The notes beneath the pieces were generated by a model. That model saw nothing but the letters and a program-made list of their open reading frames with translations. It made no database searches and had not been told where the DNA came from. A stretch of DNA of 62,997 nucleotides, the filler included, from Octopus bimaculoides (lineage: Eukaryota): the NCBI RefSeq assembly GCF_001194135.2. It is 9 parts of 9 records of this genome, joined end to end, with 100 filler letters (N's around TTAATTAATTAA, not from the genome) between each part and the next. Parts side by side here need not be neighbours in the genome. Positions count along the whole stretch, not along the records: positions 38,230 to 62,997 come from NC_068991.1; 8 more parts are not named here. One strand, written 5' to 3'. The position numbers and the translations under genes are program-made. Shown here piece after piece: positions 62,988 to 62,997 of this stretch; within the stretch, counting starts at the first letter, position 1, and each line of letters opens with the position of its first letter.

Positions 62988-62997
62988 TATATATATA

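Overview
AT-rich, microsatellite- and transposon-dense animal DNA. The repeat families and gene style point to an octopus genome (inferred from recognisable coleoid SINE/LINE sequences, not proven). The window is not one locus. Eight identical 100-bp artificial spacers (44 N + TTAATTAATTAA + 44 N) join nine pieces, and there are many ordinary N gaps. Genes I can read, all on the minus strand: two spliced exons of an ABCA1/ABCA2-like transporter NBD2 (6204-6564); one ZNFX1 helicase/NFX1 zinc-finger exon (37756-38128); the first four coding exons of TGFBRAP1 (50123 to 40891, reading frame continuous across all three introns); and a large Pro/Thr-rich probable last exon of an unidentified gene (56626-57736). 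The rest is SINEs, LINE fragments (RTE, CR1/L2, R4/NeSL, Penelope) and DNA transposons (mariner/Tc1, Tigger, hAT, Merlin), several with intact TIRs and TSDs. The most unusual items are a U6 snRNA copy lacking its catalytic core and fused to a 5'-truncated retroposon, a transposase fragment pasted without TSD into a LINE, a Merlin-type MITE with a central telomeric palindrome, a CpG-rich 51-bp minisatellite abutting a Tc1 transposase, and hammerhead-like Penelope motifs. I found no convincing multi-gene novel system. There is no CRISPR array, rRNA or intact tRNA. Most ORF-track entries are microsatellite or N artefacts.
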